Source: Geminicoccaceae bacterium (lineage in GTDB: Bacteria > Pseudomonadota > Alphaproteobacteria > Geminicoccales > Geminicoccaceae). Taken from it: a stretch of DNA of 64,000 nucleotides. The notes below the pieces were generated by a model, which was given only the letters and a program-made list of their open reading frames with translations, was not told the origin of the DNA and searched no databases. Positions 31,224 to 39,049 of this stretch are shown here, one piece after another. A program made the translations under genes and the position numbers. The DNA is taken from the NCBI GenBank assembly GCA_041398005.1, contig JAWKVP010000003.1, positions 55,607 through 119,606 of the forward strand, written 5' to 3'. Positions within the stretch are counted from its first letter, which is position 1; every line of letters starts with the position of its first letter.

Positions 31224-32063
31224 GTGACAGCGCCGGCCGCCAGCGGGAGCGACAGGGAGGCTTCGGCCTCCCTCCTCTCGATCAGCAATATCGAGGTCGT
31301 CTACGATCACGTCGTCCTCGCCCTCAAGGGTGTGTCGCTCGAAATCCCCGAGGGCGGCATCGTCGCCCTGCTCGGCGCGAACGGTGCGGGCAAGACCACG
31401 ACGCTCAAGGCCATCTCCAGTCTCCTTGGGGCCGAACGCGGCGAGGTCACCAAGGGCAGCATCCGGCTGCGCGGCGAGGCGATCGAGCATCTCACCCCCG
31501 ACGATCTCGTCCACCGGGGTGTGGTTCAGGTGATGGAGGGCCGTCACTGCTTCGGCCACCTCACGATCGAGGAGAACCTGCTTGCCGGCGCCTTCACCCG
31601 CGGCAACGACAAGGCCGGGATCCGCCGCGACCTCGATATGGTCTATGGCTATTTTCCAAGGCTGAAGGAACGGCGGCGATCGCAGGCGGGCTATACCTCC
31701 GGTGGCGAGCAGCAGATGTGCGCGATCGGCCGCGCGCTCATGGCGAACCCCCGCATGATCCTGCTCGACGAGCCGTTCATGGGTCTCGCACCTCAACTCG
31801 TGGAAGAAATCTCGGCGATCGTCAGCAAACTCAACGTGGCGGAAAGCGTCACCTTCCTTCTGGCGGAACAGAATACGAACATCGCCCTTCGCCACGCCAA
31901 ATACGGGTATATTCTGGAAAATGGTCGCGTTGTGCTTGACGGAAATGCTGAATTCCTGCGAAGTAACGAGGACGTCAAGGAGTTCTATCTCGGTGTTGGC
32001 TCAACCGGGCGGAAGAGCTTTCGCGACATAAAAAGTTACAAACGTCGCAAGCGGTGGATGTAG
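31224..32063 (+). CDS. Branched-chain-type ABC transporter ATPase (LivF-like) with a basic C-terminal tail
   Basis: Walker A GANGAGKTT, signature-like YTSGGEQQM, Walker B LLDEPFMGLAP. The tail is GRKSFRDIKSYKRRKRWM. The probable start is GTG 31224; the ORF opens at 31167. Confidence 0.85.
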   Translation: MTAPAASGSDREASASLLSISNIEVVYDHVVLALKGVSLEIPEGGIVALLGANGAGKTTTLKAISSLLGAERGEVTKGSIRLRGEAIEHLTPDDLVHRGVVQVMEGRHCFGHLTIEENLLAGAFTRGNDKAGIRRDLDMVYGYFPRLKERRRSQAGYTSGGEQQMCAIGRALMANPRMILLDEPFMGLAPQLVEEISAIVSKLNVAESVTFLLAEQNTNIALRHAKYGYILENGRVVLDGNAEFLRSNEDVKEFYLGVGSTGRKSFRDIKSYKRRKRWM

Positions 32064-32927
32064 TTGGACCGTATAGCAAGAGATGGCAGCACGTTCGCTT
32101 CGAGGACAGTTTCGGCCAGTCAGGTGTCGTCGGGTCTCGCGGGGCGCGTTCGTGAACAGATCGGCAATGCGGCCTTCGGCATGGACGGCCGGCTGATCGA
32201 CTGGCGAAGCTCGCTGTTGCCGGCTACCCTGAACTGTCTCGAGGACAGACACCTGACGACGCTCGATCCGGGCCGCCGGCGCGTGCCGGAATCGGGTGCT
32301 GTGATCGCGCTCAACTCTTTTCTCCCCTGGGAACAGCATTCCGGCGACCTCAGGCTCGCCGATCTTTCGAGCGTGGACAAGCTCACCTTCGATGCGCGCT
32401 GTCCCACCGGTGTGCGCGGAACCCCTCCCCATCTCGACATGATCGCGGCCAGAGGCCAGTCCATCGTCGCCGCGACGGCACGCGGGCCGGGCTATCTCGG
32501 CCGCAGGTTTGCAGGACTGGCGGCCGCCTATGATTCGGTCGAGGTTCCCCCGTCCATGCGTCCATGGCACGAGATCCTGCCACTCCTGCGCCAGAGCGGA
32601 CGGACCTTCGCGCATGTCGATGCGGCAAGCCTGCTCAAGTTCGCGCTGGGACTGGCGCGGACCTTCCCCAATCACGACCTGACCCTCCTCTATCTCTACT
32701 GGGAGCCCAGCGACGCCGGACAGTTCGAGGCATTCCGGCGCCACCGGCGCGAACTCGACGATCTTTCGAACCGGGTCGAAGGATCGGCGGTCCGGCTCCG
32801 TTCACAGACATTCGGCAGTCTCTGGAACGAGTGGGAGGAACAGCCCGACAAGCCGTGGCTGCGGGAGTTGGTCGCACAACTGCGCGGGCGCTATGACATG
32901 GCCATAGGTGAACAGGCTGCTCTATGA
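32064..32927 (+). CDS. Hypothetical protein inserted between the LivF-like and PaaK-like genes
   Basis: 287-codon ORF, with the first ATG at 32181. GC3-rich in the correct frame. I recognise no family. See the findings for a weak resemblance in motif order to PD-(D/E)XK-type proteins. Confidence 0.5.
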   Translation: MDRIARDGSTFASRTVSASQVSSGLAGRVREQIGNAAFGMDGRLIDWRSSLLPATLNCLEDRHLTTLDPGRRRVPESGAVIALNSFLPWEQHSGDLRLADLSSVDKLTFDARCPTGVRGTPPHLDMIAARGQSIVAATARGPGYLGRRFAGLAAAYDSVEVPPSMRPWHEILPLLRQSGRTFAHVDAASLLKFALGLARTFPNHDLTLLYLYWEPSDAGQFEAFRRHRRELDDLSNRVEGSAVRLRSQTFGSLWNEWEEQPDKPWLRELVAQLRGRYDMAIGEQAAL

Positions 32928-32935
32928 TCCGCCGG

Positions 32936-32978
32936 TGAGCGCGGGAGCGCAGGGCATGTGAGCGCAGGAGCGCAGGGA
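32936..32978. repeat. Two tandem copies of a 23-bp unit (four GAGCGC hexamers) upstream of the PaaK-like gene
   Basis: GTGAGCGCGGGAGCGCAGGG (32936-32955), CAT, then GTGAGCGCAGGAGCGCAGGG (32959-32978). The copies match at 19 of 20 positions. Confidence 0.85.
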
Positions 32979-33021
32979 GGACGCCCGGGCACCGCAACGA
33001 CCGAGGAACGGAAGCGGGATC

Positions 33022-34275
33022 ATGCCGGAAAGCGATGGCCGATATTACGACAGGCAGGAGGTGCGTGACCCCGCAGAGAGGGAAGCGTCCATCTTCCATG
33101 CCGTTCCCGGTCTTCTCCGCCATGCCAAGGACAATACCGGCTTCTACCACTCGCTTCTCGACGGGTTCGAACCGGACGATATCGTCAGCCGCAAGGCGCT
33201 GGCCTCCCTGCCGGTAACGCGCAAGTCGGAGCTCCTGAGCTATCAGAAGGAGAATCCGCCCTTCGGCGGGCTGACCGCCACGCCGCTCGCGAGGCTGGCG
33301 CGTATCTTCGCCTCGCCCGGTCCGGTCTACGATCCGGAGGGCCTGCGGCCCGATTACTGGCGCTTCGCCCGGGCGATGTTCGCTGCCGGCTTCAATTCGG
33401 GTGAACCCGTCTACAACACCTTTTCCTACCATCTGACACCGGCCGGTTTCATGATCGATTCAGGCGCGCGGGCGCTTGCCTGTCCGGTCATACCGGGCGG
33501 CACCGGCCAGACCGGTATCCAGGTGCAGGTCATCAACGAACTTCGCCCGACCGCCTATGCCGGAACCCCTTCGTTCCTGCGCATCCTGCATGAGCGCGGG
33601 GAAGCCGACGGTACCCCCCTTTCCTCCTTCAGGCGCGCGCTGGTCTCGGGTGAGGCCTGCCCGAAACCGTTCAAGGATGCCATGCGCGCGGATCACGGGA
33701 TCGAGGTTTTCGAAGCCTACGGCACGGCCGATCTCGGGCTTGTCGCCTATGAAACCGGGGCGCGTTCGGGGCTCATCGCCGACGAGGCGCTGATCCTCGA
33801 GACCGTCCGTCCGGGAACCGGCGATCCGGTCGCGGATGGCGAGGTCGGCGAACTTCTGGTTACCGTATTCAATCCCGACTATCCGCTCGTGCGCTTCGCG
33901 ACCGGCGATCTGACCCGTTTTCTCGACGGCCCGAGCGCCTGCGGTCGTACCAACAGGCGGATCACCGGCTGGATGGGCCGCGCCGACCAGAGCGCGAAGG
34001 TGCGCGGCCAGTTCGTGCGCCCGGAACAGGTCGCCCGCATCGTCGAGCGACATTCCGCGATCGGACGGGCAAGGCTGGTGATCCTTGCGGACGAAGGCGG
34101 CGACGACGAAATCCTCCTTCGCTGCGAGAGCGACCATGCGGGTGACGGAGATCTGTCGGATTCCATTGCCGAGAGCATCCGTTCGGTGACGGGCCTTCGC
34201 GGCGGGGTCGAACTCGTCGCGCTGGGCAGTCTTCCGGATGACGGACTGGTGATCGAAGACAGGCGCAGCCACTGA
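33022..34275 (+). CDS. Phenylacetate-CoA ligase-like (PaaK / F390 synthetase family) adenylate-forming enzyme
   Basis: 417 aa. YAGTPSFLRIL...SGEACP...FEAYGTADLG and the overall length fit the PaaK-like family commonly linked to Liv-type ABC clusters. Confidence 0.8.
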   Translation: MPESDGRYYDRQEVRDPAEREASIFHAVPGLLRHAKDNTGFYHSLLDGFEPDDIVSRKALASLPVTRKSELLSYQKENPPFGGLTATPLARLARIFASPGPVYDPEGLRPDYWRFARAMFAAGFNSGEPVYNTFSYHLTPAGFMIDSGARALACPVIPGGTGQTGIQVQVINELRPTAYAGTPSFLRILHERGEADGTPLSSFRRALVSGEACPKPFKDAMRADHGIEVFEAYGTADLGLVAYETGARSGLIADEALILETVRPGTGDPVADGEVGELLVTVFNPDYPLVRFATGDLTRFLDGPSACGRTNRRITGWMGRADQSAKVRGQFVRPEQVARIVERHSAIGRARLVILADEGGDDEILLRCESDHAGDGDLSDSIAESIRSVTGLRGGVELVALGSLPDDGLVIEDRRSH

Positions 34276-34277
34276 TC

Positions 34278-34880
34278 ATGCTTCCGCTCGAAGCCAGCGA
34301 TCTCGCGCTCGGGCGGAATGGACGCATCCTCTTCGACAATCTCGCCTTCGAACTCGCCCCGGGCGACGGACTTCTGCTCACGGGTCCGAACGGCAGCGGA
34401 AAGTCCAGCCTGCTCCGCCTGCTCGCGGGTTTCATCCGCCCCCATGCCGGGGAAATCCGGCTCGATGGCAGGCCAATCGACCCTTCATCCACCGATTTTC
34501 GCTCGCACCTTCACTTCATCGGTCACGCCAATGCGATCAAGGGCCGTCTCACCGTTCGCGAGAATCTCGAATTCATGACGCAGCTCGCCGGCGGCGAAAC
34601 CGGTCACGCCACGGACCCGTTCGCCATCGCCGATCTCTTCGAACGTCAGGGCCGGTTCCTTTCCGCCGGACAGAGACGGCGGCTGGCCCTGTCGCGCCTG
34701 TTGTCGGCGCCGCGCCCGCTGTGGCTGCTCGACGAGCCCGGCGTCGGCCTCGATCGCGCCAGCATCGACCGTCTTCAACAAGCGATCCGCGACCACCGCG
34801 CTGCGGGTGGCATCGTCATCGCCGCAAGCCACGGCGATGTGGCGCTCGAACAGCATCTCGTTCTCGAACTCGGCCCATGA
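34278..34880 (+). CDS. ccmA: Heme exporter ATPase CcmA
   Basis: 200 aa. GPNGSGKSSLLRLLAG, LSAGQRRRLALSRLL and LWLLDEPGVGLD. It is followed by ccmB with an ATGA overlap. Confidence 0.85.
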   Translation: MLPLEASDLALGRNGRILFDNLAFELAPGDGLLLTGPNGSGKSSLLRLLAGFIRPHAGEIRLDGRPIDPSSTDFRSHLHFIGHANAIKGRLTVRENLEFMTQLAGGETGHATDPFAIADLFERQGRFLSAGQRRRLALSRLLSAPRPLWLLDEPGVGLDRASIDRLQQAIRDHRAAGGIVIAASHGDVALEQHLVLELGP

Positions 34881-35560
34881 GCGGGGTGAACGGGATGAAC
34901 GGGGCACGCGCCCTTGCCCGCCGCGATATCCGGCTCGCCTTTCGCAGCGCCGGCGACAGCCTTCTCGGCGTGATCTTCTTTCTCGTCTCCCTCTCGCTGT
35001 TCCCCCTCGGCGTCGGCGCTTCGGCGGATGTGCTCGCGCGGATCGGATCCGGGGTGATCTGGGTACTGGCGCTTCTCGCCGTGCTCCTGACCCTCGATCG
35101 CCTTTATGAGAGCGATCTCGACGACGGCTCCCTCGAACTTCTCGCCCTGTCCGGCCTGCCGCTCGAAATCGTGGTCGTGATCAAATGCGCGGTCCACTGG
35201 CTCACGAGCGGCCTCCTTCTCGTGCTGGTCTCGCCGCTGCTGGCCGTCCTGATGTCGCTGCCGGCGGATGCCTTGTGGGCACTGCCGCTCGCCCTGCTGC
35301 TCGGCACGCCGACACTGACGCTGGTCGGCTCGATCGGCTCGGCGTTGCTGCTCGGCAGCCGTCAGGGGAGCGTGCTCACGGCGTTGCTGGTGCTGCCGCT
35401 TTATATCCCGGTGCTGATCTTCGGTGTTTCCGCCGTTGATGGCGCCATTCTGGGGCTTGGCGCGAAGGCACCCTTCCTCATCCTTGCCGCCATGCAGCTT
35501 GCCGCACTCGCACTCGCCCCGTTCGCGACGGCCGCCGGCCTTCGCCTGGCCATGGAGTGA
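34877..35560 (+). CDS. ccmB: Heme exporter membrane protein CcmB
   Basis: About 227 aa and six TM segments. Begins MSGVNGMNGARALARRDIRLAFRSAGDSLLGVIFFLVSLSLFPLGVG. The track ORF starts upstream at 34721, inside ccmA. Confidence 0.85.
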   Translation: MSGVNGMNGARALARRDIRLAFRSAGDSLLGVIFFLVSLSLFPLGVGASADVLARIGSGVIWVLALLAVLLTLDRLYESDLDDGSLELLALSGLPLEIVVVIKCAVHWLTSGLLLVLVSPLLAVLMSLPADALWALPLALLLGTPTLTLVGSIGSALLLGSRQGSVLTALLVLPLYIPVLIFGVSAVDGAILGLGAKAPFLILAAMQLAALALAPFATAAGLRLAME

Positions 35561-35588
35561 ACGGACGGACAGGGATGCGGGATGCCGC

Positions 35589-36320
35589 TCAGACGATCAG
35601 CTGATAGTCGAGCACCTCGCCACGCGTGCGTATCGTGCTCTTCACCCAGCGGCCGGCCGGATCGTACCAGATATCGCCGCCCCGACCGCTCGAGGAAGCG
35701 ATTTCGAAATGCCGCGCGCGAACCTTCTTCCCGCCCAGATCGAGAAGATCCTCGCCGCGCGGGGTCGAGCGGATGGGTTCGAGATCGCCCTTGCCGGCCG
35801 AAATGACCTGCGATTGCCGCAGGATGTCGGCATTCCAGAAGGAGGTGTCGGTCATCATTCCGAGCGGCACGTTGAGCGTTCCGCTGGGTCCGTCGACATG
35901 CAGCTTGCCGCGCCCTTCCTCGATCTCGACCCGGGTGACATCGCCATCGTCATCGGTTTTCACCGAACTTCTGACCAGCATTCCGTCACGCCAGTGATCC
36001 TCGCCACGCTGGCGAAAGCTGAAAGCGGTGACGAATGCGACCTTGACGGTGATTTCCACATCCACGCGGGAGATGATGCGGTCGCCCGATGCCTCGAACG
36101 AAACCCTGTGAATGCCGATCTCTTCTCCCTTGCGGAAGATCCGGAAGGCCCGATCGCTCGGAAGCGCTGCCAGCGCAGGGCCGGGTTTCAGGCACAGGGC
36201 GCCCAGCGCCGCCCCGCCCGAGAGGGCGAGAAAGCCCCGCCGGCCGAGTGTGACATCAGGGGCGGTGACACGATCGGCATCGCAAACCGGCACGCCATCT
36301 TTCGGGCTACGAACGTTCAT
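35589..36320 (-). CDS. Exported protein of unknown function (DUF6134-like) with Tat signal
   Basis: GRRGFLALSGGAALGAL signal. Beta-rich body (FRIFRKGEEIGIHRVSFEASGDRII...DIWYDPAGRWVKSTIRTRGEVLDYQLI) resembling the DUF6134 family as I recall it. Confidence 0.6.
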   Translation of the reverse strand: MNVRSPKDGVPVCDADRVTAPDVTLGRRGFLALSGGAALGALCLKPGPALAALPSDRAFRIFRKGEEIGIHRVSFEASGDRIISRVDVEITVKVAFVTAFSFRQRGEDHWRDGMLVRSSVKTDDDGDVTRVEIEEGRGKLHVDGPSGTLNVPLGMMTDTSFWNADILRQSQVISAGKGDLEPIRSTPRGEDLLDLGGKKVRARHFEIASSSGRGGDIWYDPAGRWVKSTIRTRGEVLDYQLIV

Positions 36321-36602
36321 TCAGATTGTCCCCTCAACCCGGAAACCTGCATCGGGAAATTCCAGGGCTTCCTCGCGGTCCACGCTCTCGACACGGGACC
36401 AGCGGGGGCCCTCATGCGCAGCTTCGATCAAGGACGAGACGCGTTCCGCATCGCCTGCGACAAGCGCCTCGACCGAACCATCGACACGATTGCGAACCCA
36501 TCCCGAAAGCCCGCGGGCCTCGGCCTGATACATGAACCAGGCCCGATACCCGACGCCTTGCACGCGTCCGCGAATCCGGAGATGTGTGACGATGGTCGTC
36601 AC
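36321..36602 (-). CDS. acyP: Acylphosphatase
   Basis: 93 aa. RIRGRVQGVGYRAWFMYQAEARGLSGWVRNRVDGSVEA is the canonical acylphosphatase signature. Its stop abuts the next gene's ATG with no gap. Confidence 0.85.
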   Translation of the reverse strand: MTTIVTHLRIRGRVQGVGYRAWFMYQAEARGLSGWVRNRVDGSVEALVAGDAERVSSLIEAAHEGPRWSRVESVDREEALEFPDAGFRVEGTI

Positions 36603-36772
36603 TGATTTTCAACTTGTCGGCAACAGGAATTGTCAGTCCATATCCAGCGTCAGGAGTATGCCATGTCCCGCCGGACACGCAATTGGCAATTTTACGCATA
36701 CGCATTGTGGGATGACTTTTGCGTTAGTCATGTTGCCGGATGGCCATGCCGGAACGGCTTGCCAGCCACCCG

Positions 36773-37945
36773 TCAGACAGGTGAAAGCCCCACTCTCGGC
36801 CTGAGCCAGGCGCCGCAGACATTGCCGGCGAAACCCGTCACGAGCCAGAGCCATCCATGCAGGCTGCCCGATGCTATGCCCGAGAAGAAGGCTCCGATAT
36901 TGCAGCCGAATGCCAGCCGCGCGCCGTAGCCGAGCAGGAGACCGCCGATGATGGCGGTGAGAAGATCGACAGCCGAAAGGCGAAGGGAGGGTTTGAACCT
37001 GCCGGCAAGACCGGCGGCAAGCATCGCGCCGGCCATGATGCCGAAATTCATCACCGAGGTCGTGTCGCGGAAGATGCTGGCCTCGATCGCGGCCATGCGT
37101 TTCTCCCAGTAGGGCCAGCCCGCCATGTCCGCTCCGGCGAGTGCGAATCCCTTCGCACCCCAGAGTGCGAATCCCGAGGTCACACCCCATGGCCGGTGCG
37201 CGATCCAGAGCGTGGCGAAGTTGAGCAGGGCAAGCCCGATGGCGCCCGCGAGCAGGGGCCAGGGACCGCGCAGCCAGTCCGCAGAAACATGCACGGGCGC
37301 GGCGGTTCCACGGCGGCGTTCGACGATGATGGTCAACAGGAATATGGCAGCGAACAGGCCGAGATTGACGGCAAGCGCAGGCCCGAGGCCCCATCGATGG
37401 ATGAACGAATAGGCGCCGAAGGACGGAAGCGCCAGCCACCAGGCGAGATGGGCGGTTCCGATCACCGAGCCGATCACGAAGAAGACGAGCGTGACCACCA
37501 TGCGGACCGAACCGCCGCCCACCGTGAAGAGCGTTCCCGACGCGCAGCCGCCGCCGAGCTGCATGCCTATGCCGAAGATGAAGGCGCCAACGGCGACGCT
37601 CGTTCCCGCCGGCATGACGAACCCGCCGACCCGTTCGCCGAAGAGTTCACCCGCATCGAGTGCCGGAAAGAACAGCAGCACGGCCACTGCCAGCATCACC
37701 ATCTGCGCGCGCAGGCCGCGCCCCTCGCCGGTCACGATGAAACGTCGCCAGGCGGCGGTGAAACCGAAGCTTGCATGATAGAGGACGAGCCCCATGGCCG
37801 CACCGAGAAGAACGAGCCGGAACCCGCCCGCTCCGCCCGCGCCTTCGGCAGCCCAGCAAAGGGCGGCAATGACGGCCATAGCCGCCGCGACGACCCGCCC
37901 GTCCGCGGACCGCACGGGCGAAACGGCAGACAACTGCAATGACAT
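36773..37945 (-). CDS. YeeE/YedE-family membrane protein (sulfur-compound / thiosulfate transport family)
   Basis: 390 aa, polytopic. Duplicated GGCASG / GCNIG-type motifs (MQLGGGCASGTLFTVGGG and RLAFGCNIGAFFSG). Confidence 0.8.
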   Translation of the reverse strand: MSLQLSAVSPVRSADGRVVAAAMAVIAALCWAAEGAGGAGGFRLVLLGAAMGLVLYHASFGFTAAWRRFIVTGEGRGLRAQMVMLAVAVLLFFPALDAGELFGERVGGFVMPAGTSVAVGAFIFGIGMQLGGGCASGTLFTVGGGSVRMVVTLVFFVIGSVIGTAHLAWWLALPSFGAYSFIHRWGLGPALAVNLGLFAAIFLLTIIVERRRGTAAPVHVSADWLRGPWPLLAGAIGLALLNFATLWIAHRPWGVTSGFALWGAKGFALAGADMAGWPYWEKRMAAIEASIFRDTTSVMNFGIMAGAMLAAGLAGRFKPSLRLSAVDLLTAIIGGLLLGYGARLAFGCNIGAFFSGIASGSLHGWLWLVTGFAGNVCGAWLRPRVGLSPV

Positions 37946-37995
37946 GACCCATCCTCCAGCCCCGGACGGGTTCTTTTAGCCGCAAGGACAAGACC

Positions 37996-38018
37996 GGGGG
38001 AAATAAATGATTTCCCCC
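37996..38018. repeat. Perfect 9-bp stem, 5-nt loop hairpin in the yeeE / orphan-ORF divergent region
   Basis: GGGGGAAAT-AAATG-ATTTCCCCC. Confidence 0.85.
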
Positions 38019-38123
38019 GCGCCCCCTCAGGGATTGGCGACGGCACCCCGGTCCAACACCCCGCCACGACCGCGAACTCTCCCGTCCCTACGGAAGCCCC
38101 GCCGCCAACTAACGGCAGGGTCA

Positions 38124-38142
38124 AGGGACCGCCACGGTCCCT
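38124..38142 (+). other. 8-bp stem, 3-nt loop hairpin immediately preceding the polypyrimidine tract
   Basis: AGGGACCG-CCA-CGGTCCCT, followed on the plus strand by TGTCTTCCCTTGCTTCC... Confidence 0.8.
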
Positions 38143-38222
38143 TGTCTTCCCTTGCTTCCTTCCTTCCCTTCTCCTTCCTCCCCCAAACTTTCCCCTTGAC
38201 CTTATCTGACTTGTTTCCTATC
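38141..38222 (+). repeat. Polypyrimidine (CT-rich) tract
   Basis: 38141-38184 has 42 pyrimidines out of 44 nt (CTTGTCTTCCCTTGCTTCCTTCCTTCCCTTCTCCTTCCTCCCCC). The full 82 nt contains 12 purines by hand count. It includes CUCCUUCCUCC, which resembles the anti-SD sequence. Confidence 0.9.
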
Positions 38223-38230
38223 ATGGGAAC

Positions 38231-39049
38231 ATGTCCATTCAAACCTCCCTCACCAATCCCGAGCTCTGCTCCGCTCTCTCCTCCTGGCGACCGCGCGATT
38301 TCATGCGGTTTTGCTGGCAGGCGGCGCGGGCTGGCAAGGGTGGGCCGCCGCCCGTTGCCGACGGGCTGGGCGAGGAGATGGTGGAGGCGCTTCTGTGCGA
38401 ACCACTCATCGCGACACTCGTTGCCACATGGCAATGTTGCGATGATGAGGAAGATCAGCAAGCCTACCGGACATTTCTGCGGCCGATCGTGCGATCATGC
38501 TTCGAACGTGCGCTGATGGCCGAACCGATCAACTTCCGGTTCGTCTGCTTCGCCCATTACTGTTTCGAAGTGGCGGGCCTCGATCCCGTCGAGCGCGCAC
38601 TCGACCTGCTGCTGAAAAGCCTGAGAGCGAAACGCCGGGCTCGGCGCAAGGCCATGCAGCCACCACCGCCACCGCAACCGGCACCGAAGCTTCCCGCTCC
38701 GCCCGCCGATTCCGCAGACTTCGAGCCGACCCACGAGGAGCTCTTTGCCGAGCGCTTCACCTCGCGCCTGCGCAACATCGAGTCGGCGATCATCGACAGC
38801 GTCGCCGAACGGTTGAGCGATCCCGACGGCCTCCCCGTCACCGGCAAACACCGCCCCACCCAGACCGCCATCGCCCGCAAGGCCGCCGCCCTCCGCAGCT
38901 CCACCCTCAACCAGACCGGCAACACCCTCCTCGAACAAAACCTGCAAGCAACAATCACCCCGTTGCCGAAGCAGAGGCAGAAGCACGGAAACAAACGCAC
39001 CCACAGGGCCGAAAAACCCGACCGCAACAACCCGCCTCGGGCGCCGTAA
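38231..39049 (+). CDS. Hypothetical protein (orphan), with a poly-proline linker and a basic tail
   Basis: 272 codons with good GC3 in frame. The N-terminal 135 aa are rich in Cys and Trp, followed by PPPPPQPAPKLPAPP. The C-terminal tail is KQRQKHGNKRTHRAEKPDRNNPPRAP. The SD is weak. I recognise no family. Confidence 0.55.
   Translation: MSIQTSLTNPELCSALSSWRPRDFMRFCWQAARAGKGGPPPVADGLGEEMVEALLCEPLIATLVATWQCCDDEEDQQAYRTFLRPIVRSCFERALMAEPINFRFVCFAHYCFEVAGLDPVERALDLLLKSLRAKRRARRKAMQPPPPPQPAPKLPAPPADSADFEPTHEELFAERFTSRLRNIESAIIDSVAERLSDPDGLPVTGKHRPTQTAIARKAAALRSSTLNQTGNTLLEQNLQATITPLPKQRQKHGNKRTHRAEKPDRNNPPRAP

Noticed and set aside
38140-38200. The minus-strand GGAAGGAAGGAAGCAAGG resembles the GGAAGGAAGCAGCC core of SRP (4.5S) RNA.
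   Set aside because: The flanking conserved SRP domain IV elements (the GUCAGGUCC context and the complementary 5' strand) are absent. The match is explained by the low-complexity purine tract.
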